This document shows positions 14,368 to 22,915 of a stretch of DNA of 39,640 nt, in pieces. The position numbers and the translations under genes are program-made. The notes beneath the pieces were generated by a model. The model had not been told where the DNA came from. It did not search any database and worked only from the letters and a program-made list of their open reading frames with translations. Positions within the stretch are counted from its first letter, which is position 1; the number at the start of each line of letters is the position of its first letter. This DNA is from a virus (lineage: Duplodnaviria; Heunggongvirae; Uroviricota; Caudoviricetes), in IMG/VR virus record IMGVR_UViG_2563366929_000005. One strand, 5' to 3'.

Positions 14368-14392
14368 AAACCCGCCGCGAGCGGGTTTTTTT
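14368..14392 (+). terminator. tR'-like intrinsic terminator downstream of Q (expected target of Q antitermination)
   Basis: AAACCCGC-CGCGA-GCGGGTTT hairpin followed by a T7 run. Confidence 0.75.
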
Positions 14393-14400
14393 ATGGCTGA

Positions 14401-14729
14401 ACGTTAAATGCGCTGGTGGTTGTGAATGCCGACTGCGGCGGTATTTTGGCGTGACGGCGCAGGTGCCGTATACCGATGTCTGGACGCATAAACCGGTGCA
14501 GTTCTATCCCGGGAAACATCCGTGCGAAAAACCGGCAGAAATGCTGCAGCAGATAATCAGCGCTAGCAGTCGTCCGGGTGACCTGATTGCAGATTTTTTC
14601 ATGGGGTCGGGTTCGACAGTGAAAGCGGCACTGGCGCTCGGGCGTCGTGCAATTGGCGTTGAGCTGGAGACTGAACGTTTTGAGCAGACGGTTCGGGAAG
14701 TACAGGATTTAGTCAGCCAGAACGGATGA
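14401..14729 (+). pseudogene. Remnant of a DNA (N6-A/N4-C type) methyltransferase
   Basis: The C-terminal 92 aa carry HPCEKP and DFFMGSGST (AdoMet motif I of beta-class MTases). An N-terminal-like stub ..LVVVNADCGGILA* (14401-14454) is in another frame. No DPPY-type catalytic motif is present. Confidence 0.7.
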
Positions 14730-14769
14730 TATTGAAGAATTAATTACGCGTCGTTATTATGCGGCTCCC

Positions 14770-14845
14770 GGCCCTTTAGCTCAGTGGTGAGAGCGAGCGA
14801 CTCATAATCGCCAGGTCGCTGGTTCAAATCCAGCAAGGGCCACCA
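14770..14845 (+). tRNA. ileZ: tRNA-Ile2 type (anticodon CAU; would read as Met without lysidine)
   Basis: The cloverleaf folds by eye: acceptor GGCCCTT/AAGGGCC, anticodon loop CTCATAA, T-loop TTCAAAT, encoded CCA. It closely resembles E. coli ileX. Confidence 0.9.
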
Positions 14846-14852
14846 TCACATA

Positions 14853-14929
14853 CCGCCATTAGCTCATCAGGATAGAGCACCAGCCTTCGAAGCTGGTTGC
14901 GCGGGGTTCGAGTCCTCGATGGCGGTCCA
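14853..14929 (+). tRNA. argN: tRNA-Arg (anticodon UCG)
   Basis: Acceptor CCGCCAT/ATGGCGG, anticodon stem CCAGC/GCTGG with loop CTTCGAA, T-arm GGGGTTCGAGTCCTC, encoded CCA. Confidence 0.85.
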
Positions 14930-14942
14930 TTATCTGTACCCT

Positions 14943-15019
14943 GCGTTGTTAGCTCAACCGGACAGAGCAATTGCCTTCTAAGCAATCGGTCACTGGTTCG
15001 AATCCAGTACAACGCGCCA
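14943..15019 (+). tRNA. argO: tRNA-Arg (anticodon UCU)
   Basis: Acceptor GCGTTGT/ACAACGC, anticodon stem ATTGC/GCAAT with loop CTTCTAA, T-arm CTGGTTCGAATCCAG, encoded CCA. Confidence 0.85.
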
Positions 15020-15033
15020 GACTTATTTTTCCC

Positions 15034-15059
15034 GGCTCGCTTTTGCGGGCCTTTTTTTT
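15034..15059 (+). terminator. Intrinsic terminator after the tRNA cluster
   Basis: GGCTCGC-TTTT-GCGGGCC hairpin (one G.U pair) followed by a T8 run. Confidence 0.6.
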
Positions 15060-15460
15060 AAATGTCTCACAATTCAGACGGTTGACAGTTGTCTGTTTTG
15101 CGGGGAGTTTGTTAAAAGAAACTGGCATGGTGAATCCCCCTGTGCGGATGGGCAATCAGCGAGTAGGTATATGGGATAATCGCGGATTCAGGTGCTGGTA
15201 CTGAATTCACCGGGAGGCACCCGGCACCATGCAGTTGACTGAAACCATGTATACTCTCAGGCCCCACGCACATGTGTTGGGGCCTTTTTACATGCAAAAA
15301 AAAGCCCGCATATGGATACGGGCGGCAAGGAACAAAAAACGTGAAGTGATCTATTCAGCCAGTGGATAATACCCTGACGTTACCATATTGCGCAATCGCG
15401 CATTCTTTCTTTTTCGCTCCCCTTATAACTACGCCATCCGTTCGCTGCGGAGGTGAGGCT

Positions 15461-15676
15461 ATGAAATCCATGGACAAAATTTCAACGGGCATTGCCTACG
15501 GCACCTCCGCAGGCAGTGCTGGCTACTGGTTTTTACAGTGGCTTGATCAGGTCAGTCCGTCACAGTGGGCTGCGATTGGTGTACTGGGGAGTCTGGTTCT
15601 GGGCTTCCTGACTTATCTGACAAATCTGTACTTCAAAATCAGAGAAGACAAGCGTAAGGCTGCACGGGGAGAGTAA
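15461..15676 (+). CDS. Class II holin, S21-type pinholin with a dual-start motif
   Basis: 71 aa: [28 protein letters not shown]...[36 protein letters not shown]. Two TMDs. Met1/Met4 form the dual start. A GGAGGTGAGG Shine-Dalgarno lies upstream. The upstream part of the track ORF is rejected. Confidence 0.9.
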   Translation: MKSMDKISTGIAYGTSAGSAGYWFLQWLDQVSPSQWAAIGVLGSLVLGFLTYLTNLYFKIREDKRKAARGE

Positions 15677-15680
15677 TTCA

Positions 15681-16031
15681 ATGACTCAAAACTATGAACT
15701 GATTGTGAAAGGGATCCGCAATTTTGAGAATAAAGTTACGGTAACTTTAGCGTTACGGGACAAAAAACGCTTTGACGGTGAAATTTTTGACCTGGACATC
15801 TCGCTGGACCGTGTTGAAGGTGCCGCGCTGGGGTTTTATGAGGCAGCAGCCAGAAGGAGCATCAGACAGGTCTTCCTGGATGTTGCTGCCGGGTTATGTG
15901 AAGGGGATGAGCAGTCGCCGGAAAAGCGCCCCGTAATTTTAGAGGCGCAGAATGTGTGGATAACCTACAAAGGAAAGCTACCAGGAAGAATTACTGGTTC
16001 TCTGAAGACTCCTCCGGAATCACAACCTTAA
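15681..16031 (+). CDS. DUF1327 (YdfR-like) protein inserted between holin and endolysin
   Basis: 116 aa. NYELIVKGIRNFENKVTVTLALRDKKRFDGEIFDLDISLDRVEGAALGFYEAAARRS matches my recollection of the Qin YdfR family. Confidence 0.7.
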   Translation: MTQNYELIVKGIRNFENKVTVTLALRDKKRFDGEIFDLDISLDRVEGAALGFYEAAARRSIRQVFLDVAAGLCEGDEQSPEKRPVILEAQNVWITYKGKLPGRITGSLKTPPESQP

Positions 16032-16094
16032 GTCACTGACCGGAACAGATAAACCTGTCCGTGGGCAGAAACCGATAAATCCTGATAAATATCC

Positions 16095-16628
16095 ATGAAC
16101 GCAAAAATCAGATACGGCCTGTCGGCTGCCGTTCTGGCACTGATTGCCGTCGGTGCGCCCGCGCCTGATATTCTCGACCAGTTTCTGGATGAAAAAGAAG
16201 GTAACCACACAACGGCATACCGCGATGGTTCCGGCATCTGGACCATCTGTCGGGGTGCCACGATGGTGGATGGAAAACCCGTTTTTCCCGGTATGAAACT
16301 GTCGAAGGAAAAATGCGACCAGGTCAACGCCATTGAGCGTGATAAGGCGCTGGCATGGGTGGAGCGCAATATTAAAGTACCACTGACCGAACCACAAAAA
16401 GCGGGTATCGCGTCATTTTGTCCCTATAACATTGGCCCCGGTAAGTGTTTTCCATCGACGTTTTATAAGCGGCTGAATGCTGGTGATCGTAAGGGCGCAT
16501 GCGAGGCGATTCGCTGGTGGATAAAAGATGGTGGGCGCGATTGCCGCATACGTTCAAATAACTGCTATGGACAGGTTATTCGTCGTGACCAAGAAAGCGC
16601 ATTAGCCTGTTGGGGAATAGATCAGTGA
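16095..16628 (+). CDS. R: SAR endolysin (T4-lysozyme-like, GH24)
   Basis: 177 aa. The N-terminal signal-anchor-release segment is [17 protein letters not shown]. The catalytic E-x8-D-x5-T is [16 protein letters not shown]. Confidence 0.9.
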   Translation: MNAKIRYGLSAAVLALIAVGAPAPDILDQFLDEKEGNHTTAYRDGSGIWTICRGATMVDGKPVFPGMKLSKEKCDQVNAIERDKALAWVERNIKVPLTEPQKAGIASFCPYNIGPGKCFPSTFYKRLNAGDRKGACEAIRWWIKDGGRDCRIRSNNCYGQVIRRDQESALACWGIDQ

Positions 16629-17092
16629 GCAGAGTCGCCGCGATTATTTATGCTCTGGTTATCTGCATCATCGTCTGCCTGTCGTGGGCGGTCAATCATT
16701 ACCGTGATAACGCCATCACCTACAAAGAACAGCGTGATAAAAAAGTCAGTGAGCTGAAGCAGCTGACCGCCACCATCGCTGACATGCAGCAGCGTCAGCG
16801 TGATGTTGCTGCGCTCGATGCAAAGTACTCGAGAGAATTAGCCAATGCGAAAGCTGAAAATGAAACTCTGCGCGCTGATGTTGCCGCTGGTCGTAAGCGC
16901 CTGCGGGTCAATGCCAGTTGCTCCGCAGCCGTGCGTGAAGCCACCGGACCCACCAGCGTGGATAATGCAACCAGCCCCAGACTGGCAGACACCGCTGAAC
17001 GGGATTATTTCACCCTCAGAGAACGGTTGATGACGATGCAGAAGCAACTGGAAGGGGCACAGCTATACATTCGTGAGCAATGTCTCAGATAA
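16625..17092 (+). CDS. Rz: i-spanin Rz
   Basis: GTG start overlapping the endolysin stop. [34 protein letters not shown].. is close to lambda Rz. Confidence 0.9.
   Translation: MSRVAAIIYALVICIIVCLSWAVNHYRDNAITYKEQRDKKVSELKQLTATIADMQQRQRDVAALDAKYSRELANAKAENETLRADVAAGRKRLRVNASCSAAVREATGPTSVDNATSPRLADTAERDYFTLRERLMTMQKQLEGAQLYIREQCLR
16845..17030 (+). CDS. Rz1: o-spanin Rz1 (lipoprotein) embedded in Rz in the +1 frame
   Basis: 61 aa. The lipobox is LVVSAC. The proline-rich mature part [30 protein letters not shown] is close to lambda Rz1. Confidence 0.85.
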   Translation: MRKLKMKLCALMLPLVVSACGSMPVAPQPCVKPPDPPAWIMQPAPDWQTPLNGIISPSENG

Positions 17093-17247
17093 AAACCGGC
17101 CAAGGATAATCCGCTAAAGATTCGCCGGTGGCGAAAGAGAGCCAAGGTGTCAACCTACGCTATTACTTATGATAATGCAACAGACGAAGCGGGACATATT
17201 GGCGCATAACAAATCAGTGCAGGCTAACTGCAGGAAGAACTTAGGGC

Positions 17248-17514
17248 GTGAACGTAGAAAACCTAAGTAACGCACATTACATCTATAACGAGATGAAAGA
17301 GCTACAGCGACAGAAAGGTATACTGGAAAGTGGTGCAGGGCTTGGTGTGACAATCCAGTCTGCCTATCAATATAGTGCTTTTCTTGAGGCCATACGCCCG
17401 CATGCAGTTGCTGAACTTAACAGCCGTATTGAGGAAAAGAAATCCGCGCTGGTTAATTTGGGTGCTTCCTTCTCTATATACGAGCATAATAAGGCGGGTT
17501 GGAAACCCGCCTAA
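17248..17514 (+). CDS. Hypothetical protein (GTG start) downstream of the lysis cassette
   Basis: 88-aa ORF with no recognisable motif. It ends inside a hairpin shared with the convergent gene. Confidence 0.45.
   Translation: MNVENLSNAHYIYNEMKELQRQKGILESGAGLGVTIQSAYQYSAFLEAIRPHAVAELNSRIEEKKSALVNLGASFSIYEHNKAGWKPA
17493..17511. terminator. Hairpin between convergent genes (probable terminator for the minus-strand moron)
   Basis: GGCGGGTT-GGA-AACCCGCC, an 8-bp stem. On the minus strand it is followed by TTATTAT. Confidence 0.45.
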
Positions 17515-17519
17515 AGCAC

Positions 17520-18059
17520 TTAGAAACTGCGTGGAGCTGTGGAAAGAATGGATGCCAGTTCTTCCTTCGATAAATCCCAGCTTCGATTTACAGCGTCAAT
17601 TTTCTTAAACTCATCAAGCATTGCGTTATAGAGATGTTCTGTACGTGAATGAGTATTGGCAATGGGCTGTTTCTGTTCGGGGAAGCGATCAATTTTCTGA
17701 TATGCCTCAATGATACTGAAGTAATCGCATTCATTATTACCGTCGAAACCTGGGAGCTGAATTGCCCCATCATGTATTTTTAGATGATGGTCACGGACTA
17801 ATTCTTTTTGCTCGTCATCACTAAGTTTCCTGAAAGCATTGGAAAGTCCGCGATACATATTCAAGACAGCAGTAACAAAATCACGATCTTCTTTACTTGG
17901 TTCGTCAACATCCAAATGTGAATATTCGGCCTTGATAACCCAATCATTACCAGATGACACAGCATATTTAACAAGCTGTGGATCAATATCAGTTTCGATA
18001 CCTAGGTGGATGGCAATGTCACATAACAAAATGGTATTGATTTTATCTTTAATATCCAT
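17520..18059 (-). CDS. YfbU-family-like protein (reverse-oriented, low-GC moron)
   Basis: 179 aa. By-eye similarity to E. coli YfbU: ..EDRDFVTAVLNMYRGLSNAF.. versus EETCRTIIDIMEMYHAL; ..GFDGNNE..YF.. versus GFDAATE..YL; and a C-terminal LSKEEL versus LSANEI. It is on the opposite strand to the late operon. Confidence 0.65.
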   Translation of the reverse strand: MDIKDKINTILLCDIAIHLGIETDIDPQLVKYAVSSGNDWVIKAEYSHLDVDEPSKEDRDFVTAVLNMYRGLSNAFRKLSDDEQKELVRDHHLKIHDGAIQLPGFDGNNECDYFSIIEAYQKIDRFPEQKQPIANTHSRTEHLYNAMLDEFKKIDAVNRSWDLSKEELASILSTAPRSF

Positions 18060-18197
18060 GAGTTAACCCTCTGAAGTAAAAAGTAATATCTACACCCGTT
18101 GGCTCATGAAGTCTATTGATCTGTCTCATATCAGCAGCAAATCTATTCCATGGAGATACTCAATGCAGGTCACCTTTGATTTATATAAGGGCGAAAC

Positions 18198-18548
18198 ATG
18201 CCAGCACTAATCCCACGCGCCTGCCGTAAGCGTGGATGTGCAGGTACAACCACAGACAGTTCTGGTTACTGCGATAAACATCGTGGCGAAGGATGGGTAC
18301 AGCATCAACGCGGACTGAGCCGCCACCAGCGTGGCTATGGCTCGAAATGGGATGCCATACGTGCGCGCATACTGAAGCGTGATAATCATCTGTGTCAGAA
18401 CTGCCTGCGCAATGGGAGAGCCGTTGAAGCCAGAACTGTGGACCACATCATTCCGAAAGCTCATGGTGGCACGGATGCAGACAGTAACCTGCAGAGTCTG
18501 TGCTGGCCCTGTCATAAAGCAAAAACAGCGCGCGAACGCATCAATTGA
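18198..18548 (+). CDS. HNH endonuclease (HK97 gp74-type, terminase-associated)
   Basis: 116 aa. HLCQNC...VDHIIPKAHGGTDADSNLQSLCWPCHKAKT. It lies immediately upstream of the small terminase gene. Confidence 0.9.
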   Translation: MPALIPRACRKRGCAGTTTDSSGYCDKHRGEGWVQHQRGLSRHQRGYGSKWDAIRARILKRDNHLCQNCLRNGRAVEARTVDHIIPKAHGGTDADSNLQSLCWPCHKAKTARERIN

Positions 18549-18695
18549 TAACAGCTCCCATCTGCAGGGGAGGGGCGGGTCAAATCTCTGCAACCCTGGC
18601 TGTTCAGTACCGCCGCCTGACCTTTCCTCGCATCGCCGCAGGTTCGAAAACTTTTTTTTGGAATGTGATTAAATGATTGATAGGTAAAACCGATT

Positions 18696-19178
18696 ATGTC
18701 TGGACCCCCGAAAACCCCGCCACGCCTGCATTTGATACGAGGCAACCCCTCAAAGCGGCCAGTTAAAGACCTCAAAAAAACCGCTAAAAAGGATGAAAAA
18801 GGTCTCCCTAAAATTCCGCAACATTTAGGGGCGCAGGGGAAGTACTGGTTCAGGCGAATGGCGGAAGAGCTGAATGCGGAAGGGATCATTTCTCAGCTTG
18901 ATGCGCGTGCGCTTGAGCTACTGGTGGAAGCCTATACCGAATACCGGCATCACTGCGAAACACTCGATGTTGAGGGGTACACCTACCGCTCGGAAACGCA
19001 GAACGGTGATGTGCTGATTAAGGCACACCCAGCTGCTGCGATGAAAGCGGATGCCTGGAAGCGGATCCGGGCGATGCTTGCAGAATTTGGTATGTCACCG
19101 GCAAGCCGGGCAAAAGTAAATACCGCCGGACCGGATAATGTTGATCCGCTGGCAGAGCTTTTAAAAGCGAGAGACTGA
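18696..19178 (+). CDS. Terminase small subunit (P27/HK97 gp1 family)
   Basis: 160 aa. The pattern ..LIRGNPSKRP...P..L...G...W..........G....D...L..L..AY..Y.. is present, and the gene is coupled to TerL (TGATG). Confidence 0.9.
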   Translation: MSGPPKTPPRLHLIRGNPSKRPVKDLKKTAKKDEKGLPKIPQHLGAQGKYWFRRMAEELNAEGIISQLDARALELLVEAYTEYRHHCETLDVEGYTYRSETQNGDVLIKAHPAAAMKADAWKRIRAMLAEFGMSPASRAKVNTAGPDNVDPLAELLKARD

Positions 19179-20935
19179 TGGCAAAAGTGGCTGACGGGAT
19201 CCGCTACGCCGAACGTGTTGTTGCAGGAGAAATTGTTGCTGGCGAATTTGTCCGCCTGGCCTGCCAGCGTTTTCTTGATGATCTGAAGTACGGCGAAAAG
19301 CGGGGGATTTATTTCAGTGAACCCCGTGCGCAGCACATCCTGAATTTCTACAAATTTGTGCCTCATGTAAAAGGGGCACTGGCAGGCCAGCCCATTGAGT
19401 TGATGGACTGGCATGTATTTATCCTCATTAATATTTTTGGTTTTGTCATTCCGCTGGTCAATGAAGAAACCGGGGAAGTTGTCATGCGCAGCGATGGCAG
19501 CGGACGTCCGGTGATGGTGCGCCGGTTCCGGACGGCGTACAACGAAGTCGCCCGTAAAAACGCAAAATCAACCCTGTCATCGGGTATCGGCCTGTATATG
19601 ACGGGGGCAGATAGTGAAGGCGGAGCTGAGGTGTATTCAGCCGCAACCACGCGTGACCAGGCCAGAATCGTGTTTGAAGACGCCAAAAATATGGTCAGAA
19701 AAGCCCGGTCGACACTCGGGCGGTTGTTTGATTTCAACAAGCTGGCGATTTACCAGGAGCAGAGCGCATCAAAATTTGAACCGCTTTCCTCGGATGCAAA
19801 CAACCTGGACGGTCTGAACATCCACTGCGCCATTATTGATGAGCTGCATGCACATAAAACCCGCGACGTGTGGGACGTTCTGGAGACGGCAACCGGTGCC
19901 CGTCTGCAGTCTCTGTTATTTGGCATCACCACGGCTGGCTTTAACAAGGAAGGGATTTGTTACGAGCAGCGTGATTACGCCATCAAGGTATTGCGAGGCT
20001 ATAACAGCGACGTGGAGGGCGCGGTAAAAGACGACTCCTACTTTGCGATCATTTACACGCTCGATGAGGGAGATGATCCGTTTGATGAAACGGTCTGGCA
20101 GAAAGCGAATCCTGGCCTGGGCATCTGTAAACGCTGGGATGATCTGCGTCGTCTGGCGAAAAAAGCGAAGGAGCAGGTCTCTGCGCGGGTGAATTTTTTT
20201 ACCAAACACATGAATGTGTGGGTCACTGCCGAATCTGCCTGGATGGATATGATTAAGTGGGAGAAGTGCGAATACATTGCTCCACAACATGAGCTGAAAA
20301 CATATCCCATGTGGGTCGGCGTCGACCTTGCTCATAAGATTGATATCTGTGCGGCGGCAAAACTCTGGCGAACCGATAACGGACATGTTCATGCTGATTT
20401 TAAATTCTGGCTTCCGGAAGGACGGCTGGAACGATGCTCGCGGCAGCAGGCAGAACTTTACCGGAAGTGGGCGGAGATGGATAAGCTCATCCTGACGGAT
20501 GGTGATGTTATCGATCATGCTCAGATAAAAAGTGACTTACTGGAATGGATTGGCGGTGAAAACCTCAGGGAACTGGGATTTGACCCGTGGAGCGCAATGC
20601 AGTTCAGCCTGGCACTGGCTGAAGAAGGGATACCGCTGGTGGAGGTTCCGCAGACGGTCCGCAATCTGTCAGAGGCCATGAAGGAAACGGAATCACTGGT
20701 TTATGCCGGGCGTTTCCATCACAGCAATCATCCGGTCATGAACTGGATGATGTCTAACGTTACTGTAAAACCGGACAAAAACGACAACATCTTCCCGAAT
20801 AAATCCACGCCGGAAGCCAAAATCGACGGCCCTGTTGCGCTTTTTACAGCCATGAGCCGCTTTCTGGTAAATGGCGGGGGCGTGAATGACTTTCTGTCCA
20901 CGCTTGATCCTGATGAGGACTTGTTAATTCTGTGA
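19178..20935 (+). CDS. Terminase large subunit
   Basis: 585 aa. Walker A-like ARKNAKST, a Walker B-like hydrophobic stretch (HCAIIDELH) and a C-terminal nuclease region. Confidence 0.95.
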   Translation: MAKVADGIRYAERVVAGEIVAGEFVRLACQRFLDDLKYGEKRGIYFSEPRAQHILNFYKFVPHVKGALAGQPIELMDWHVFILINIFGFVIPLVNEETGEVVMRSDGSGRPVMVRRFRTAYNEVARKNAKSTLSSGIGLYMTGADSEGGAEVYSAATTRDQARIVFEDAKNMVRKARSTLGRLFDFNKLAIYQEQSASKFEPLSSDANNLDGLNIHCAIIDELHAHKTRDVWDVLETATGARLQSLLFGITTAGFNKEGICYEQRDYAIKVLRGYNSDVEGAVKDDSYFAIIYTLDEGDDPFDETVWQKANPGLGICKRWDDLRRLAKKAKEQVSARVNFFTKHMNVWVTAESAWMDMIKWEKCEYIAPQHELKTYPMWVGVDLAHKIDICAAAKLWRTDNGHVHADFKFWLPEGRLERCSRQQAELYRKWAEMDKLILTDGDVIDHAQIKSDLLEWIGGENLRELGFDPWSAMQFSLALAEEGIPLVEVPQTVRNLSEAMKETESLVYAGRFHHSNHPVMNWMMSNVTVKPDKNDNIFPNKSTPEAKIDGPVALFTAMSRFLVNGGGVNDFLSTLDPDEDLLIL

Positions 20936-21093
20936 AACAGCTTATTACTGATATGACCGGGCTGATCGGTTTCGGTTTGCTCACTGCTGGCGTTTATCTG
21001 TATGCAGGTCTGCCAGCGTCTCTGATGCTGTCGGGCTGTTTGTTGCTGCTTTATGCACTGGTGGTGTCCATGAGGAGAAAACATGCTTCTTGA
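20932..21093 (+). CDS. Small hydrophobic (2-TM) protein between terminase and portal
   Basis: 53 aa from a GTG overlapping the TerL stop (alternative ATG at 20953): VKQLITDMTGLIGFGLLTAGVYLYAGLPASLMLSGCLLLLYALVVSMRRKHAS. It is below the track cutoff. Confidence 0.35.
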   Translation: MKQLITDMTGLIGFGLLTAGVYLYAGLPASLMLSGCLLLLYALVVSMRRKHAS

Positions 21094-22309
21094 TGCTCTG
21101 TTTCGCAGTGAGCCTCTGGAAAATCCCTCGGTTCCGGTAACCGGAGAGGCCGCTGAGACGGATAATATTTTTGCCCGGGATGTGTATGTCAGTCCGGAAA
21201 CATCCATGAAGCTGGCTGCTGTCTATGCCTGTATTTATGTTATTTCATCCAGTGTGGCTCAGATGCCCCTGCATGTGATGCGAAAAACGAATGAGCATGT
21301 TCAGCCGGCACGCGATCACCCGTTGTTCTGGCTCGTTCATGATGAACCTAATGCCTGGCAGACCAGCTATAAGTGGCGGGAACTGAAGCAGCGTCATGTG
21401 CTGGGGTGGGGCAATGGTTATACGTGGGTAAAACGTAATCGTCGTGGCGAGGTTACCAGTCTTGAATGCTGTATGCCATGGGAAACCACGTTACTTAACA
21501 CCGGAGGGCGTCATACCTACGGTGTGTATAACGAAGAGGGTGCATTTGCGGTAAGTCCGGACGACATGATCCATATCAGGGCGCTGGGAAACAATCAGAA
21601 AATGGGACTGAGTCCGATCATGCAGCATGCTGAAACCATTGGTATGGGAATGAGTGGTCAGCAGTATACCAGTGCTTTTTTTAACGGTAATGCCCGTCCT
21701 GCCGGGATTATTTCTGTGAAAAATGAACTGAACGAACAGAGTTGGAGCAGGCTCAAGAATATGTGGCAGCGGGCGGTGACAGCGCTTCGCAGTCAGGAAA
21801 ATAAAACCATGCTGCTGCCTGCGCAACTGGATTACCGCGCTCTGACAGTTTCTCCGGTGGATGCTCAGATCATTGATATGACCAAGCTGAACCGGTCGAT
21901 GATTGCCGGGATTTTTAATGTCCCGGCGCACATGATTAATGACCTGGAAAAAGCCACATTTTCGAATATTACGCAGCAGGCGATTCAGTTTGTTCGCTAC
22001 ACGATGATGCCCTGGGTTGCGAACTGGGAGCAGGAGCTTAACCGTCGCCTGTTTACCCGTACAGAACGGGCTGCCGGGTATTACGTTCGTTTCAACCTCA
22101 CGGGGTTGCTCCGTGGGACCCCACAGGAGCGTGCGCAGTTCTATCACTTTGCCATTACAGATGGCTGGATGAGCCGGAATGAAGCCAGGGCATTTGAGGA
22201 TATGAACCCGGTTGACGGTCTGGATGAAATGCTGGTCAGCGTAAATGCAGCAAATCCGTTGAATAACTTTAAAGATACGAAAGGCAAAGAGGAAAAGAAC
22301 GATGAATGA
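21083..22309 (+). CDS. Portal protein (HK97 family)
   Basis: 408 aa with an AGGAGA Shine-Dalgarno. Position and sequence character are those of HK97-family portals. Confidence 0.95.
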   Translation: MLLDALFRSEPLENPSVPVTGEAAETDNIFARDVYVSPETSMKLAAVYACIYVISSSVAQMPLHVMRKTNEHVQPARDHPLFWLVHDEPNAWQTSYKWRELKQRHVLGWGNGYTWVKRNRRGEVTSLECCMPWETTLLNTGGRHTYGVYNEEGAFAVSPDDMIHIRALGNNQKMGLSPIMQHAETIGMGMSGQQYTSAFFNGNARPAGIISVKNELNEQSWSRLKNMWQRAVTALRSQENKTMLLPAQLDYRALTVSPVDAQIIDMTKLNRSMIAGIFNVPAHMINDLEKATFSNITQQAIQFVRYTMMPWVANWEQELNRRLFTRTERAAGYYVRFNLTGLLRGTPQERAQFYHFAITDGWMSRNEARAFEDMNPVDGLDEMLVSVNAANPLNNFKDTKGKEEKNDE

Positions 22310-22901
22310 CCGTGAAACGCGCTGTTACAGCGGGGAGGTGCGGGCGGAACAATATGATAATGCCCCGACCCACATTCTGGGCTATGGCTCGGTATTTAAC
22401 AGTCGTTCAGAACCTCTGTGGGGATTTCGTGAAATCATCAAGCCGGGGGCTTTTGATGATGTACTGAATGATGATGTACGTGGCTTGTTTAATCATGATC
22501 CTAATTTCATTCTCGGACGAAGTTCTGCCGGCACGTTGTCATTGTCGGTGGATGAACGCGGTTTACGTTATGACATTGTTGCACCGGATACTCCGACTAT
22601 TTGTGACCTGGTGCTGTCTCCAATGTTGCGTGGTGACATTAATCAGTCCTCGTTCGCGTTTCGTGTCGCCCGTGACGGAGAGAGCTGGTATGAAGACGAC
22701 GAGGGGATTGTTATCCGGGAAATCACGCGCATTTCTCGTCTGTATGACGTCAGCCCGGTGACATATCCGGCCTATCAGGACGCAGACTCTGGTGTCCGCT
22801 CAATGAAAGCCTGGCAGGAAGCGCGGGCGAGTGGTGCGCTGAAGAAAGCTGTTAACGAACGAATGGCGCGTGAGCGTCTTTTGACCCTTCTTAATGCATA
22901 A
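22302..22901 (+). CDS. Prohead maturation protease (HK97 family)
   Basis: 199 aa. GYGSVFNSRSE...FNHDPNFILGR.. is typical of the HK97 gp4-type protease. The gene lies between portal and capsid. Confidence 0.9.
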   Translation: MNDRETRCYSGEVRAEQYDNAPTHILGYGSVFNSRSEPLWGFREIIKPGAFDDVLNDDVRGLFNHDPNFILGRSSAGTLSLSVDERGLRYDIVAPDTPTICDLVLSPMLRGDINQSSFAFRVARDGESWYEDDEGIVIREITRISRLYDVSPVTYPAYQDADSGVRSMKAWQEARASGALKKAVNERMARERLLTLLNA

Positions 22902-22915
22902 GGATACTACTGACG

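Noticed and set aside
14824-15204. Track ORFs overlapping the three tRNA genes on both strands.
   Set aside because: The region folds into three canonical cloverleaves, so the ORFs are incidental.
15229-15369. A 46-codon plus-strand ORF in the tRNA-holin spacer, at the position where stx would lie.
   Set aside because: It reads straight through two terminator-type hairpins, has no Shine-Dalgarno and shows no toxin-like sequence.
19916-20518. A 200-aa ORF antisense to the large terminase gene. The 218-aa ORF at 21491-22147, antisense to the portal gene, is the same kind of case.
   Set aside because: Both are antisense shadows within conserved structural genes.
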